The notes under the pieces: generated by a model
What the model saw: the letters and a program-made list of their open reading frames with translations, nothing else
The model's database searches: none
Told to the model about the DNA's origin: nothing
Made by a program: the position numbers and the translations under genes
Assembly (NCBI GenBank): GCA_038060895.1
Contig: JBBTCT010000018.1
Coordinates: 1 to 64,000, forward strand
DNA length: 64,000 nucleotides
Origin: Planctomycetota bacterium
GTDB lineage: Bacteria; Planctomycetota; MHYJ01; WSZJ01
Direction: 5' to 3'
Shown: positions 8,239 through 17,751 of the stretch, one piece after another
How positions within the stretch are numbered: position 1 is the stretch's first letter
Layout of the letters: each line of letters starts with the position of its first letter

Positions 8239-10245
8239 ATGTCATCTCAGGAAACACCTTCTTCCTCGCAGGAATCTCCTGGCCACCTTGAGCAGAGCCT
8301 GCGCCTGCGGACTGAAGAGCTGGCGCGGGTGAGCGCCGAGTTGAGATCGCGCGAGCGTGAAATCCGGCTTCTTTTCGAACGCACCAGCGACGCGGTGATC
8401 CGGATGGACGGTGCGGGCAAGATCACGACCTGGAACCCGCGAGCCGAAGCGCTCTTCGGCTGGACGGAAGTCGAGGCCGTCGGCCGCTCCCTCGCGGAGA
8501 CGATCATCCCGGAACGCTTCCGCCCGGCCCACGCGGCCGGACTGGCGCGATTTCTCACGACGGGGGAAGCGCCGGCGCTGAGCCAGATCCTGGAACTTTC
8601 CGCGCTTCGGCGGGACGGGAGCGAATTTCCCGCCGAGATCGTGCTCGTGGCGACGCCGGGCGCGCTTTCGTGGTCCTTCACGGGATTCCTGCGGGACATT
8701 TCGGTGCGGAAGGCCGCGGAAGCAGAGCTCCAGCGCGCCGGCGAAGCGGCGCGGGCGGCGAATCGAGCGAAAAGCGAATTCATCGCGAACGTCAGCCACG
8801 AGATCCGGACGCCGATGAACGGGATTCTCGGAATGACCGAACTCGCGCTCGGGACCACGTTGACGGCCGAACAGCGCGAGTACCTGGAGACGGTCAAGCG
8901 CTCCGCCAAAGGCCTCCTCGCGATCCTGAACAGCGTGCTCGACTTCTCGAAAATCGAGGCCGGCAAGCTCGAGATCGACCAGGTCACGTATCCCGTCCGG
9001 CGCGTGGTCGAGGACGCCGTGAAACTGCATTCGTTCCGGGCGCAGGAAAAAGGGATTGCGTTGTCGTGGGCCGCCGACCCCTCAGTCCCCGAACGGATGT
9101 CGGGCGACCCGCTCCGGCTGGGGCAGGTCCTCGGAAACCTGGTGGCCAATGCGCTCAAGTTCACCGAACGCGGCGAAGTTGAAATCCGCGTGTCCCTCGA
9201 CCGCGCCGATGGCGCCTCCGCCATGCTCCACTTCGCCATCCGCGACTCCGGCATCGGCATCCCCCTCGACAAACAGGGGAAACTCTTCCGCGAATTCTCC
9301 CAGGTCGATGCCTCCGCGACGCGCCGTTTCGGCGGCACCGGGCTCGGGCTCGCCATTTCCAGCCGGCTGGTCGGCCTCATGGGCGGCCGGATCTGGGTCG
9401 AAAGTGAGGCCGGAAAGGGGAGCACGTTTCACTTCACGGTCGGCCTCAATCCCGCCCGGACGATGGTTTCCGAGGCCCCGCGCACGATGGCGAAAGTCGC
9501 CGGCCCTCTGAAGCGCCTGCGCATCCTGGTCGCCGAGGACAATCCGGTGAACCAGCGGCTCGCGGTGGCCATTCTCCAGAAGCGCGGGCACGAGCCCGTC
9601 ATCGCCGGCGACGGCGCCGGGGCGATCCAGACCCTCCGCAACGAACGCTTCGACGTCGTCCTCATGGACATCCAGATGCCCGACATGGACGGGATGGCCG
9701 CCACGGCGGCGATCCGTCGGGGCGACGCCGGCCCCGAGGCGAAGTCCGTGCCGATTGTCGCGATGACCGCCCACGCGATGACCGGCGACCGCGAGCGCTT
9801 CCTGCAGGCCGGCATGTCCGACTACCTCTCGAAGCCCGTGGATGCGCGCGAGTTGTCCGACATGGTGGAGGGACTGGCGGCGACCGGCGGCAGGCTAAGT
9901 TCGAAGGCGTTCGGCGCGGCGGAAGCCCTCGAGCGTGTCGGCGGCGATCCGGAAGTGCTCCGGGAACTTGCCGTCACCTTCGTCCGCGACGTCGAACGCC
10001 TGCAGAAGTCGATCCGCGAAGCGGTGCAGTCGCGGAGTTTGCCGGCTCTGGAGCGTGCCGGGCACTCGATCCGCGGGGCGGCCGGGATCTTCAGCGCGAC
10101 ACGCACGGTGTCTGCGGCGCAGGTGGTGGAGGAAGCGGCGCGGGCGAAGGACGCGTCGGCCTGGGCGGCGGTTCCCGCTCTGGAAATCGAGCTGAAGCGG
10201 CTGAGCGACGATCTCGACCGGCTCGTCAAGGAGGGACGCCTGTGA
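8239..10245 (+). CDS. Hybrid sensor histidine kinase (PAS-HisKA-HATPase-REC-Hpt)
   Basis: PAS WNPRAE..FGW; SHEIRTPMN H-box; NALKFT, DSGIGI, GGTGLGL; REC VAEDN/DIQMP/KP; Hpt HSIRGAA. Confidence 0.95.
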   Translation: MSSQETPSSSQESPGHLEQSLRLRTEELARVSAELRSREREIRLLFERTSDAVIRMDGAGKITTWNPRAEALFGWTEVEAVGRSLAETIIPERFRPAHAAGLARFLTTGEAPALSQILELSALRRDGSEFPAEIVLVATPGALSWSFTGFLRDISVRKAAEAELQRAGEAARAANRAKSEFIANVSHEIRTPMNGILGMTELALGTTLTAEQREYLETVKRSAKGLLAILNSVLDFSKIEAGKLEIDQVTYPVRRVVEDAVKLHSFRAQEKGIALSWAADPSVPERMSGDPLRLGQVLGNLVANALKFTERGEVEIRVSLDRADGASAMLHFAIRDSGIGIPLDKQGKLFREFSQVDASATRRFGGTGLGLAISSRLVGLMGGRIWVESEAGKGSTFHFTVGLNPARTMVSEAPRTMAKVAGPLKRLRILVAEDNPVNQRLAVAILQKRGHEPVIAGDGAGAIQTLRNERFDVVLMDIQMPDMDGMAATAAIRRGDAGPEAKSVPIVAMTAHAMTGDRERFLQAGMSDYLSKPVDARELSDMVEGLAATGGRLSSKAFGAAEALERVGGDPEVLRELAVTFVRDVERLQKSIREAVQSRSLPALERAGHSIRGAAGIFSATRTVSAAQVVEEAARAKDASAWAAVPALEIELKRLSDDLDRLVKEGRL

Positions 10246-10850
10246 AGATCCTCGTCGCCGAAGACGATCCGGTTTCCCGACGGCTCCTGGAGATTTCGCT
10301 CTCCCGCTGGGGCCACGAACCCGCGCTGACCGAGGACGGCGATGCCGCCTGGGCGGCGCTTCAGAGCCCCGACCGCCCCCTGGTTGCCGTGCTCGACCTC
10401 ATGATGCCCGGCCTCTCCGGGATCGAAATCTGCCGGAAAGCACGTGCGCTTGCGGCAAAGCGCCCGCTCTACCTGATTCTCCTGACCGCGAAAAACGACA
10501 CCGCAACGATCGTCGAGGCGCTGGACAGCGGGGCCAACGACTACGTCGTGAAGCCCTTCACGCCCGACGAGCTCCGTTCCCGGATCGGCGTCGGCATCCG
10601 TGTCGTCGAGCTGGAGAAGCAGCTGGAGACGCGCATCGAGGAACTCGAGCGCGCCAATGCCGAGCTGAAAGAGCTGCGACAGATGATCCCGATGTGCGCG
10701 TACTGCAAGAAGGTGCGCAACGACCAGAATTTCTGGGAAAAGGTCGAGACGTACATCGGGATGCGCACGAAGGCGAAAGTCAGCCATGGCGTCTGCCCGG
10801 AGTGCATGGAAAAGTTCATGAAGGATGATCCGGATTTGATGGGGCGGTAA
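10242..10850 (+). CDS. Response regulator (REC, coiled coil, C-terminal Cys/His domain)
   Basis: VAEDD, DLMMP, LLTAK, DYVVKPF; C-terminal CAYCKK...SHGVCPEC; GTGA overlap with kinase. Confidence 0.92.
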   Translation: MKILVAEDDPVSRRLLEISLSRWGHEPALTEDGDAAWAALQSPDRPLVAVLDLMMPGLSGIEICRKARALAAKRPLYLILLTAKNDTATIVEALDSGANDYVVKPFTPDELRSRIGVGIRVVELEKQLETRIEELERANAELKELRQMIPMCAYCKKVRNDQNFWEKVETYIGMRTKAKVSHGVCPECMEKFMKDDPDLMGR

Positions 10851-10852
10851 CG

Positions 10853-11014
10853 GAAAACGGCAACTTCAATTTCAACTTCAAATTTCAAGTTTCAAGCAAA
10901 CGGCGAACTCCAGGAGGACAACTTCAATTCACGGCTTGGAATGGGGGATGTTGAAGTTGGCGTCTTGGAGTTCTCCGTTTGCTTGAAGCTTGTGAGTTGT
11001 AGTTGACTGTTTTC
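10853..11014. repeat. Complete CAA-rich palindromic element (family A)
   Basis: 54-nt arms 10874-10927 and 10951-11004 inverted; termini GAAAACGGCAAC / GTTGACTGTTTTC. Confidence 0.85.
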
Positions 11015-11020
11015 AGTTTC

Positions 11021-11806
11021 TCAGCGCTTCCCCTTCGGCGCCAGCCTCTCAAACGTCGCCTCGCACGTCATCGACAGCCTCAACGGCGTGATCGACACAT
11101 ACCCCATCCTCACCGCCTCGATGTCCGTCGGGTTGTGCCGTGCCGCGCGGCCGTTCCGGGAAGCGACCTGGTCCCCATCCATCCAGAAGTACGTCCGGCC
11201 CCGGGGATCCAGCCGGCGATGGAAGGCGTCCTCCCAGGCGACGGGCGCCTGGTGCGTGAAGCGGACGCCCCGGATGCGTGAGACGGGGAGGTTCGGGATG
11301 TTCACGTTCAGGCAGACGGGAGTGCCTTCCACGAACGGCGCGAACTCATCCACGACGCGCCGCGCGATTACGCCCGCATCCTTCCAGCGAGGCGCCGACT
11401 TCGTGCAGAGCGACATCGCGAAGGACGGAATTCCCGCGAACGACGCTTCCAGTGCCGCCGCCACCGTCCCGCTGTAGAAGACATTCACTCCGAGATTGGC
11501 GCCGAAGTTGATGCCGGAGAGGACGAAGCGAGGCGGTCTGGGAAACAGCTCGCACAGGGCAAGCTTGACGCAGTCCGCCGGCGTGCCGTCCACGGAAAAA
11601 CCGCGGCGGCCGCGGCCCAGGGGGACCGGGTCGCAGGAGATCGGCCTGTGAATCGTGATGGAGTGGCCGACCGCGGAGCTGTTGGAGGCGGGAGCCGCCA
11701 CGGTGGTGCGCACGCGTCCCTCGAAGGCGGCTCGAAGGGCTGCCAGGCCGGGGGCGTGGATGCCGTCGTCGTTCGTCAGCAGGAAGTCCGCGGGGCGAGG
11801 GGGCAT
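11021..11806 (-). CDS. surE: 5'/3'-nucleotidase SurE
   Basis: LLTNDDGI, VAAP, GTPADCV, SGINFGANLG, YSGTVAAA, LNVNIP, SITPL. Confidence 0.95.
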   Translation of the reverse strand: MPPRPADFLLTNDDGIHAPGLAALRAAFEGRVRTTVAAPASNSSAVGHSITIHRPISCDPVPLGRGRRGFSVDGTPADCVKLALCELFPRPPRFVLSGINFGANLGVNVFYSGTVAAALEASFAGIPSFAMSLCTKSAPRWKDAGVIARRVVDEFAPFVEGTPVCLNVNIPNLPVSRIRGVRFTHQAPVAWEDAFHRRLDPRGRTYFWMDGDQVASRNGRAARHNPTDIEAVRMGYVSITPLRLSMTCEATFERLAPKGKR

Positions 11807-11813
11807 GGGCGCG

Positions 11814-12125
11814 CTAGGCCGTGATGTCGAGAGCGCGACCCTTTCCCTCCGGGTCTCCCGGAGCAGCCTCCTCGGCCTTCTCTTCCGGCTTCGGAGCATG
11901 AGGCGTCCCCTCGTACGCGCCCGAGCCGCCCGTCTCCTCTTCGCGGATCTTCGCACCCTGCGCGGGGTCGAGCTGATTGACCGAAGTCGCGTCCCTGGCG
12001 CCGATGTCGCGTCCTTCCTGCCCCGCTGCGGCGCGTCCGGCTCGATCCGCCTGCGCGAACAGGTTCTGCACCTGCTGCGCGGCGTCGCTTCGGGCCAGGG
12101 ACAGGTTGAGGGGTTCCACGGGCAT
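11814..12125 (-). CDS. Hypothetical protein with C-terminal KG..LDI motif (flagellar-region small protein)
   Basis: 103-aa ORF, TAGAAT 6 nt before ATG, ends KGRALDITA. Confidence 0.6.
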   Translation of the reverse strand: MPVEPLNLSLARSDAAQQVQNLFAQADRAGRAAAGQEGRDIGARDATSVNQLDPAQGAKIREEETGGSGAYEGTPHAPKPEEKAEEAAPGDPEGKGRALDITA

Positions 12126-12156
12126 GGCCCTATTCTACCGCCTCCGCCGAAATGAA

Positions 12157-12190
12157 GCGGGGCGGAAGCGATGTGTCGCTTCCGCCCCGT
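12157..12190. terminator. Hairpin terminator downstream of fliA
   Basis: GCGGGGCGGAAGCGA-TGTG-TCGCTTCCGCCCCGT. Confidence 0.75.
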
Positions 12191-12210
12191 TTGTGGTCAT
12201 TTCTCGTGGC

Positions 12211-12987
12211 CTAGAGCAGCTCGGTCTTCCGGCGCGAAAGCTCGTCCTTCAGCCTCGCGACGATCTTCGCGTGGATCTGGCACACGCGCGATTCGGAGAG
12301 GTCCAGGGTGGCGCCGATTTCCTTCATGGTCAGCTCTTCGTAGTAGTAGAGCAACAGGATGAGCCGCTCCTTGCGCGAGAGGCCCTTCGTGATGAGGTCG
12401 ACGAGTTCCTTCTTCTGGATGTCGCGTGAAGGATCGATGTCGCGCCGGTCCTCGACGATCTCGACGGTCTGGAGGCCTGTCTGGTCGTCCATGTCGGTCC
12501 AGCGCTTGTGCATGGAGACGGCGGCGGCGGTGGAGGTTTCGCGGCGGATTTCGGCGAGGCCGGGGACGGAGACGCCGAGTTCCTTGGCGAGTTCGGGCTC
12601 GGTCGGGGTGCGGCCGAGGGTGGTTTCGAGGTGGTTGGCGCCGCGTTCGAGGCGGTGGGCCTGGGCGCGGACGAGGCGGGGGACCCAGTCGAGGTTGCGG
12701 AGCTCGTCGAGGATGGCGCCGCGGATCCGGTTGGTGCAGTAGGTTTCGAACTTGATGTTGCGCTCGGGCTCGAATTTGTCCACGGCGTCCATGAGGCCGA
12801 ATATGCCGGCGCTGGCGAGGTCGTCGACCTCGACGTTCTGGGGAAGCTTGGACAGGAGCCGCTCTGCCACGTAGCGGACGATGGGGAGGTAGTGCTCGAT
12901 GAGCGCGTTCTTGGTGGCGTGGTCGCGGTCTTTGGCGAAGCGAACCCAGAGTGCGGCCACTTCGTCCTTTGCAAGCTTTGTGGTCAT
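12211..12987 (-). CDS. fliA: RNA polymerase sigma-28 factor FliA/WhiG
   Basis: DDLASAGIFGLMDAVDKF, RIRGAILDELRNLDWVPR, LYYYEELTMKEIG..LDLSESRVCQIH. Confidence 0.95.
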   Translation of the reverse strand: MTTKLAKDEVAALWVRFAKDRDHATKNALIEHYLPIVRYVAERLLSKLPQNVEVDDLASAGIFGLMDAVDKFEPERNIKFETYCTNRIRGAILDELRNLDWVPRLVRAQAHRLERGANHLETTLGRTPTEPELAKELGVSVPGLAEIRRETSTAAAVSMHKRWTDMDDQTGLQTVEIVEDRRDIDPSRDIQKKELVDLITKGLSRKERLILLLYYYEELTMKEIGATLDLSESRVCQIHAKIVARLKDELSRRKTELL

Positions 12988-13055
12988 GAGGACAGGCTCC
13001 GTGAGAAGGGTACTTGCGAAGTGATGTTTATATTTTATAACATATAAAAATAAGG

Positions 13056-13316
13056 TCAAGCCCCTTTCTTGGATATTTCCTTCTTCTTCTCGATCGCAGG
13101 CGGCGGTTGCGCGTCGCGCGCCAGGCTGTCCGTCATCGCTCGTCCTAAGATCAATCCAATCAAGAACATAAGCGCGGCTCCGCCGGCTGCCCTCAGAACC
13201 GCCGCTTCCAGCCCTAACCCCACTCCCAACCCCCAGACCAGGACCGCCACGAAGGCCGCCATGCCCATGCAGGCTGCCAGCACGCGGGGAAGGGAGGGAT
13301 TCGCGGGTCCGGGCAC
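13056..13316 (-). CDS. Small two-helix membrane protein between flhG and fliA
   Basis: GTG just after flhG stop; two hydrophobic segments and a charged tail. Confidence 0.55.
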   Translation of the reverse strand: MPGPANPSLPRVLAACMGMAAFVAVLVWGLGVGLGLEAAVLRAAGGAALMFLIGLILGRAMTDSLARDAQPPPAIEKKKEISKKGA

Positions 13317-13321
13317 GAGGC

Positions 13322-14209
13322 TCAGGCCCCCAGCCGCAGTATCTGGAAGATCCGCTGCACAAACCCGCGCGGCCGCGGCGTCCCGCCGCACAACCGCGCC
13401 GCCAGGTTGCGGATACACCCCGCCGCGGCTCCCCGCGCCGCCGCGACCACGAAGGGAGCCCTGGCCATCACCGCGCGCCCCACCGAGGCGTCACGCAGCA
13501 CGTAGCCAAGCCGGTCTACGTCGGCCTGGAGGAATCGCCGCGCCACCGAAACCACCCCCGCGGAAATCCGGTCCGCTTCCGCACGGTCCGTCGCCTGGTT
13601 CACAATCATGCGGATCGCGCCCGCGTCCGGCTCGCGCGACAGCAACTTCACCGTCGCATACGCATCCACCAGCGCCGTCGGCTCCGGCGTCGTCACAACC
13701 AGCGCTTCGTCCGCCGCCGCCGCGAATTCGATGACGTTCCGCGAAATCCCCGCGCCCGTGTCGAGAATCACGATGTCCGCGCGCTCCGCCAGGCGCCCGA
13801 AGGCCTCCCGCAGTCGCTCGCGCTCGGGCGACGTCAGATTGGCGTAACTCTCAATCCCGCTCGCACCCGCCAGCAGCATCACACCGTGCGCCGGCGTCAG
13901 CGCCTGCAGGATGTTCAGGCGCCCCGACAGAACGTGCGCGATCGTGGCTTTCGGCGAAGCGCCCAGCACGACGTCGGCGTTTGCGAGCCCGAGGTCGAGA
14001 TCGACCAGCGCCACGCGTTTCCCGAACGCGGCCGCCGCGACGGCGAGATTGACCGCGATGTTCGTCTTGCCGACGCCGCCTTTCCCGCTGGTGACGGCGA
14101 TGACGCGTGCGTGTGACGCCGCCGCGGGTCGGGGAGCCTGCTTCGCTCGCTGCGCCACAAGCCGGCGCAATTCCGCCGCCTGGTCCTCCTGAAGCGTTTC
14201 CGGGCTCAC
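13322..14209 (-). CDS. flhG: MinD-like flagellar number regulator FlhG/FleN
   Basis: SGKGGVGKT, DLDLGLAN, DTGAGI, VTTPEPTA; follows flhF. Confidence 0.92.
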   Translation of the reverse strand: MSPETLQEDQAAELRRLVAQRAKQAPRPAAASHARVIAVTSGKGGVGKTNIAVNLAVAAAAFGKRVALVDLDLGLANADVVLGASPKATIAHVLSGRLNILQALTPAHGVMLLAGASGIESYANLTSPERERLREAFGRLAERADIVILDTGAGISRNVIEFAAAADEALVVTTPEPTALVDAYATVKLLSREPDAGAIRMIVNQATDRAEADRISAGVVSVARRFLQADVDRLGYVLRDASVGRAVMARAPFVVAAARGAAAGCIRNLAARLCGGTPRPRGFVQRIFQILRLGA

Positions 14210-15345
14210 GCCGTCCTCGCTTCCCGCAGAATCAACTCCGCGAGCCGTTCGCGCTTCGCCGGCTCGATGTCCTGCGGGATGCCCTGGCCCGTGGTGACCC
14301 AGGAGACACCCGTCTTCACGCGAGCAAGCACATCGAGGATCAGCCCGAAGCGCGCCGCTTCATCGACCTTCGTCAGGATCACGTGCGACACCGCGTACCG
14401 CGCGAACCGCTCGACCTGGTCCATCAGCGTGTCCGGGTGCGTCGTCACCGCGCACACCAGGTGCAGCTCGTCCGCCTTTGCCGCCTGCACGAACGGTGCC
14501 AGCTCGTCCATCTTCGCGCCGTCCCGCTGCGACCGGCCGGCCGTGTCCACCAGCACGACGTCGCGCCGCGAATGCTCTTCCAACGCGCTCTTGAGCTCCT
14601 CCGGCGTCCGCACCACGGCCAGCGGCACGTCCAGCAGCTCCGCAATCCGGCGCAACTGCTCCGTCGCCGCGATCCGGTACGTGTCGAGCGTCACGAGGGC
14701 CACGTCCTTGCCCTCCTTGACCGCGTAATTGCCCGCCAGCTTCGCGATCGTCGTCGTCTTTCCCACGCCGGTCGGCCCGACCAGCATCACCCGTTTGGCC
14801 CGGCCCTTCGTCCAGCCCGATGGCGCAGCAACCGGGATCATGTCTTCCACCGTGGCTTTCACGGCCTGCTCGACCAGGCTGCGGTTCCGAAGCGCGTCCG
14901 GCGCCAGCTTCGCCCCGATCCGGTCGACGATCGACTTCGCGAGCTTCTGCCCGATGTTTGCGTTGAGCAGCGAGACGTAGGACTGGAAGAGCTCTTCCGG
15001 CGCCCCGGCCATTTCGCGGTGCTTCACGTGGTCGCCAAGCTCCGCGATCATCTTGCGGATTTCCGAAAGCTCTGCGGAGTTCGCGGAAGCGAGTTTCGGC
15101 GCTTCGGTGCCGTAGACCTTGCGGAGGAGGGCCGCGCCGGGAGCCTCGGACGCCGACTTTGAGTTCGGCACGACGCGGAAGCCCTTGCCCGCGAGGATCA
15201 CGTACTTGTCCCGCGAGAACAGCCGCCAGAGCCCGCGCTGCGAGGGCGCGAAGGTCTGGAGCACGACGGCATCGTCGCCGAGGTCCTCGCGGACCTTCTT
15301 CAGGGCTTCCTGCAACGTCCTGCCTTCGAACTTTTTGAGCTTCAT
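14206..15345 (-). CDS. flhF: Flagellar biosynthesis SRP-type GTPase FlhF
   Basis: GPTGVGKTTTIAKLA, DTYRIAA, DTAGRS, TKVDE, TTGQ.IPQDI. Confidence 0.95.
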   Translation of the reverse strand: MKLKKFEGRTLQEALKKVREDLGDDAVVLQTFAPSQRGLWRLFSRDKYVILAGKGFRVVPNSKSASEAPGAALLRKVYGTEAPKLASANSAELSEIRKMIAELGDHVKHREMAGAPEELFQSYVSLLNANIGQKLAKSIVDRIGAKLAPDALRNRSLVEQAVKATVEDMIPVAAPSGWTKGRAKRVMLVGPTGVGKTTTIAKLAGNYAVKEGKDVALVTLDTYRIAATEQLRRIAELLDVPLAVVRTPEELKSALEEHSRRDVVLVDTAGRSQRDGAKMDELAPFVQAAKADELHLVCAVTTHPDTLMDQVERFARYAVSHVILTKVDEAARFGLILDVLARVKTGVSWVTTGQGIPQDIEPAKRERLAELILREARTA

Positions 15346-15382
15346 GGAAGGGGAGCCCGGGCGCGGGATCGCGCTCCTCTAT

Positions 15383-15412
15383 CTATCGGTCGTGGGGTGG
15401 CGGTGACTTGTG
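15383..15412 (-). promoter_or_regulatory. Sigma28-like promoter upstream of flhF
   Basis: CACAAG-N16-ACCGATAG on minus strand. Confidence 0.5.
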
Positions 15413-15419
15413 GGGTGAA

Positions 15420-15564
15420 GAACGACCTGAGCCGCAGAGGACGCAGGGAGCGCCGAGAAATGCGATTTCAGCAGCACAGTCAGTTCGCAGCCGGCCCTTC
15501 GCAGACTCGCTCATAAAAAAAGTCGTTCTCTGTGAACTCTGTTTCCTCTGCGGCTAAGTCGTTC
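15420..15564. repeat. Palindromic element with 9-nt CGCAGAG-type arms
   Basis: GAACGACCTGAGCCGCAGAGGACGCAGGGAGCGCCGAG inverted against CTCTGTGAACTCTGTTTCCTCTGCGGCTAAGTCGTTC. Confidence 0.8.
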
Positions 15565-15602
15565 CTCGTCAGCCGAGGTACTCCGAAAGCCGCTCGATTC
15601 AA

Positions 15603-17681
15603 CTAAGCCGCCGCTTCCATCACCACGAGCCCGTGCGACTCGACTTTCAGGTCCTTCGGAACCTCGTTGTAGCTCAGCACCGTGATGCCGGGCTGGATCT
15701 GCTCGGCGATGCGCTTGACCTGGAGGCGCACCTGGGGCGAGCAGAGGACGACGGGAGTGAATCCGCGCCCGACGAGCTTCTCGATTTCCTTCGCGAGCGC
15801 CTGAACGAGGTGCGCGATCGTCTTCGGGGCGAGCGTCAGGTGGGAGCCCATGTCGCTGCGCTCCGTGGCGCCCTTCAGCAGGTCCTCGAGGCGGGGATCG
15901 ACCGTGACGACGTGCAGCCGCCCGTCCCCGGCGAGAACCGACTGGCTGATCGACCTCGCCAGCGCGTTCCGGCAGTACTCGACCAGGATCTCCGGGTCCT
16001 TGGTGCGCGTCGCCGTGTCGCCCAGCGCTTCCACGATCGTCGCCAGGTCGCGGATGGACACGCCCTCGCGTAGCAGCCCCTGGAGCACCTTCTGGAGCTC
16101 GCCGAGCTTCACGACCGCGGGGATGACTTCCTCCACCAGCGCCGGATGCGACTCCTTCAGGTGGTTCACGAGGCCCTGCGTCTCTTCGCGCGTCAGCATC
16201 TCCGGCGCGCGCATCTTGATCGTCTCCGTCAGGTGCGTCGCGATCACCGTCGTCGCGTCCACGACCGTGTACCCCAGCGCCTCCGCCCGCGGCTTCTGCG
16301 CTTCCGTGATCCACGTCGCCGGAAGCCCGAACGCAGGCTCGCGCGTCGGCGTGCCTTCCAGCTTTGCCGGCGCAACGCCGCCGCCCGGCGCCATCGCGAG
16401 GAACTGGCCCGGGATGGCGCTTCCGGAAGCGACCTTCGTGCCGCGGATGCGGAGGACGTAGTCGTTTGCGGCGATCTGCATGTTGTCGCGGATCCGGATC
16501 GGAGGGATGACGAGGCCCATGTCGATCGCGCACTGGCGACGGATGAGGCCGATGCGCTCGACGAGGTCGCCGCCCTGGGAAGGATCGACGACGCGGATCA
16601 GGCCGTAGCCGACCTCGAGTTCCATCGGATCCACCTTGAGCAGGCCTTCGACCTTCTCGGGCTTCGGGATCTCTCTCTTCGCTTCCTTCACGGCCGCCAC
16701 GACTTCGCCGGCCCGGACCGTCTCGATGGTGCGGGCGATGTAGGCCAGAAGCGCCGCCATGGGGAGCATCGCGTACCAGGGGAAGCCGACGAACGCGAGG
16801 CCGCCGATGAAGATCGCGGAGACGTAAAGCGCCTTCGGGACGCTGAAGATCTGTGTCAGCACGTCGGAGCCGAGGTTCGAGACCGCCGTGACGCGCGTGA
16901 CGATCAGGCCGGCCGCGATGGACACGACCAGCGCCGGCACCTGCGTCACCAGCCCGTCGCCGATCGTAAGCCGCGCGTAAACGTCGAGCGCCTGCTGGAA
17001 CGACATCCCGCGCTGGAACACGCCGATCACGAAGCCGCCGACCAGGTTGACGAGGATGATGATGATCCCCGCGATCGCGTCGCCACGGACGAACTTCGTC
17101 GCGCCGTCCATCGCGCCGTAGAAGTCCGCTTCCTTCCCGACATGCTCCCGCCGGCGCCGAGCCTCCGCTTCCTTGATCAGCCCGGCGTTCAGGTCGGCGT
17201 CGATCGCCATCTGCTTCCCGGGCATCGCGTCCAGGGTGAAGCGCGCGGCGACTTCGGCGACGCGGTTGGCGCCTTTCGTGATCACGACGAACTGGATGAT
17301 GATGAGGATGCAGAAGAGGATGAATCCGACCAGCGGCTGCGCGCCGGCGACGAAGTTCGCGAATGTCTCGACGACCTGCCCGGCGGCCCGGGTGCCGTCG
17401 ACGGACGCGTTCGAGAGGATGAGCCGGGTCGTCGCGACGTTCAGCGCGAGGCGGAACGCCGTGGTGACGAGCAGGACCGCGGGAAAAACCGAGAACCCGA
17501 GCGGCTCTTTCACGTAGATCGCCGTCAGCAGGATGATCACGCTGACCGCGATGTTCGTGACCATCAGCATGTCCACGAGCGCCGTCGGAAGAGGCACGAA
17601 GATGGCGACGAGGACGCCGATGACGCCGCCCACGAAGAGCAGGTCGAGGTTTTTCCGGACTGTTTCTGGGAAGGTAGGCAT
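15603..17681 (-). CDS. flhA: Flagellar export gate protein FlhA
   Basis: FRLALNVATTRLIL, RVAEVAARFTLDAMPGKQMAIDADL, FYGAMDGA.KFVRGD; start 17681 preferred because a promoter -10 lies at 17721-28. Confidence 0.96.
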   Translation of the reverse strand: MPTFPETVRKNLDLLFVGGVIGVLVAIFVPLPTALVDMLMVTNIAVSVIILLTAIYVKEPLGFSVFPAVLLVTTAFRLALNVATTRLILSNASVDGTRAAGQVVETFANFVAGAQPLVGFILFCILIIIQFVVITKGANRVAEVAARFTLDAMPGKQMAIDADLNAGLIKEAEARRRREHVGKEADFYGAMDGATKFVRGDAIAGIIIILVNLVGGFVIGVFQRGMSFQQALDVYARLTIGDGLVTQVPALVVSIAAGLIVTRVTAVSNLGSDVLTQIFSVPKALYVSAIFIGGLAFVGFPWYAMLPMAALLAYIARTIETVRAGEVVAAVKEAKREIPKPEKVEGLLKVDPMELEVGYGLIRVVDPSQGGDLVERIGLIRRQCAIDMGLVIPPIRIRDNMQIAANDYVLRIRGTKVASGSAIPGQFLAMAPGGGVAPAKLEGTPTREPAFGLPATWITEAQKPRAEALGYTVVDATTVIATHLTETIKMRAPEMLTREETQGLVNHLKESHPALVEEVIPAVVKLGELQKVLQGLLREGVSIRDLATIVEALGDTATRTKDPEILVEYCRNALARSISQSVLAGDGRLHVVTVDPRLEDLLKGATERSDMGSHLTLAPKTIAHLVQALAKEIEKLVGRGFTPVVLCSPQVRLQVKRIAEQIQPGITVLSYNEVPKDLKVESHGLVVMEAAA

Positions 17682-17720
17682 GGGTGGACTGCGGGCGAGT
17701 ACGGAATGCCCGTTCATCCG

Positions 17721-17750
17721 TTATCGGCACGAACATGAGGCAAACTCGAG
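17721..17750 (-). promoter_or_regulatory. Sigma28-like promoter upstream of flhA
   Basis: CTCGAG-N16-GCCGATAA (perfect sigma28 -10) filling the flhB-flhA gap. Confidence 0.65.
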
Positions 17751-17751
17751 C

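Noticed and set aside
13021-13055. AT-rich stretch upstream of fliA
   Set aside because: Probably a promoter or regulator site, but no sigma consensus could be assigned with confidence.
12211-13362. Long N-terminal extensions given by the ORF track (fliA 383 aa, regulator 629 aa, LPS kinase 660 aa, flgB 180 aa)
   Set aside because: They overlap neighbouring genes or promoters; downstream starts fit family lengths and ATGA coupling.
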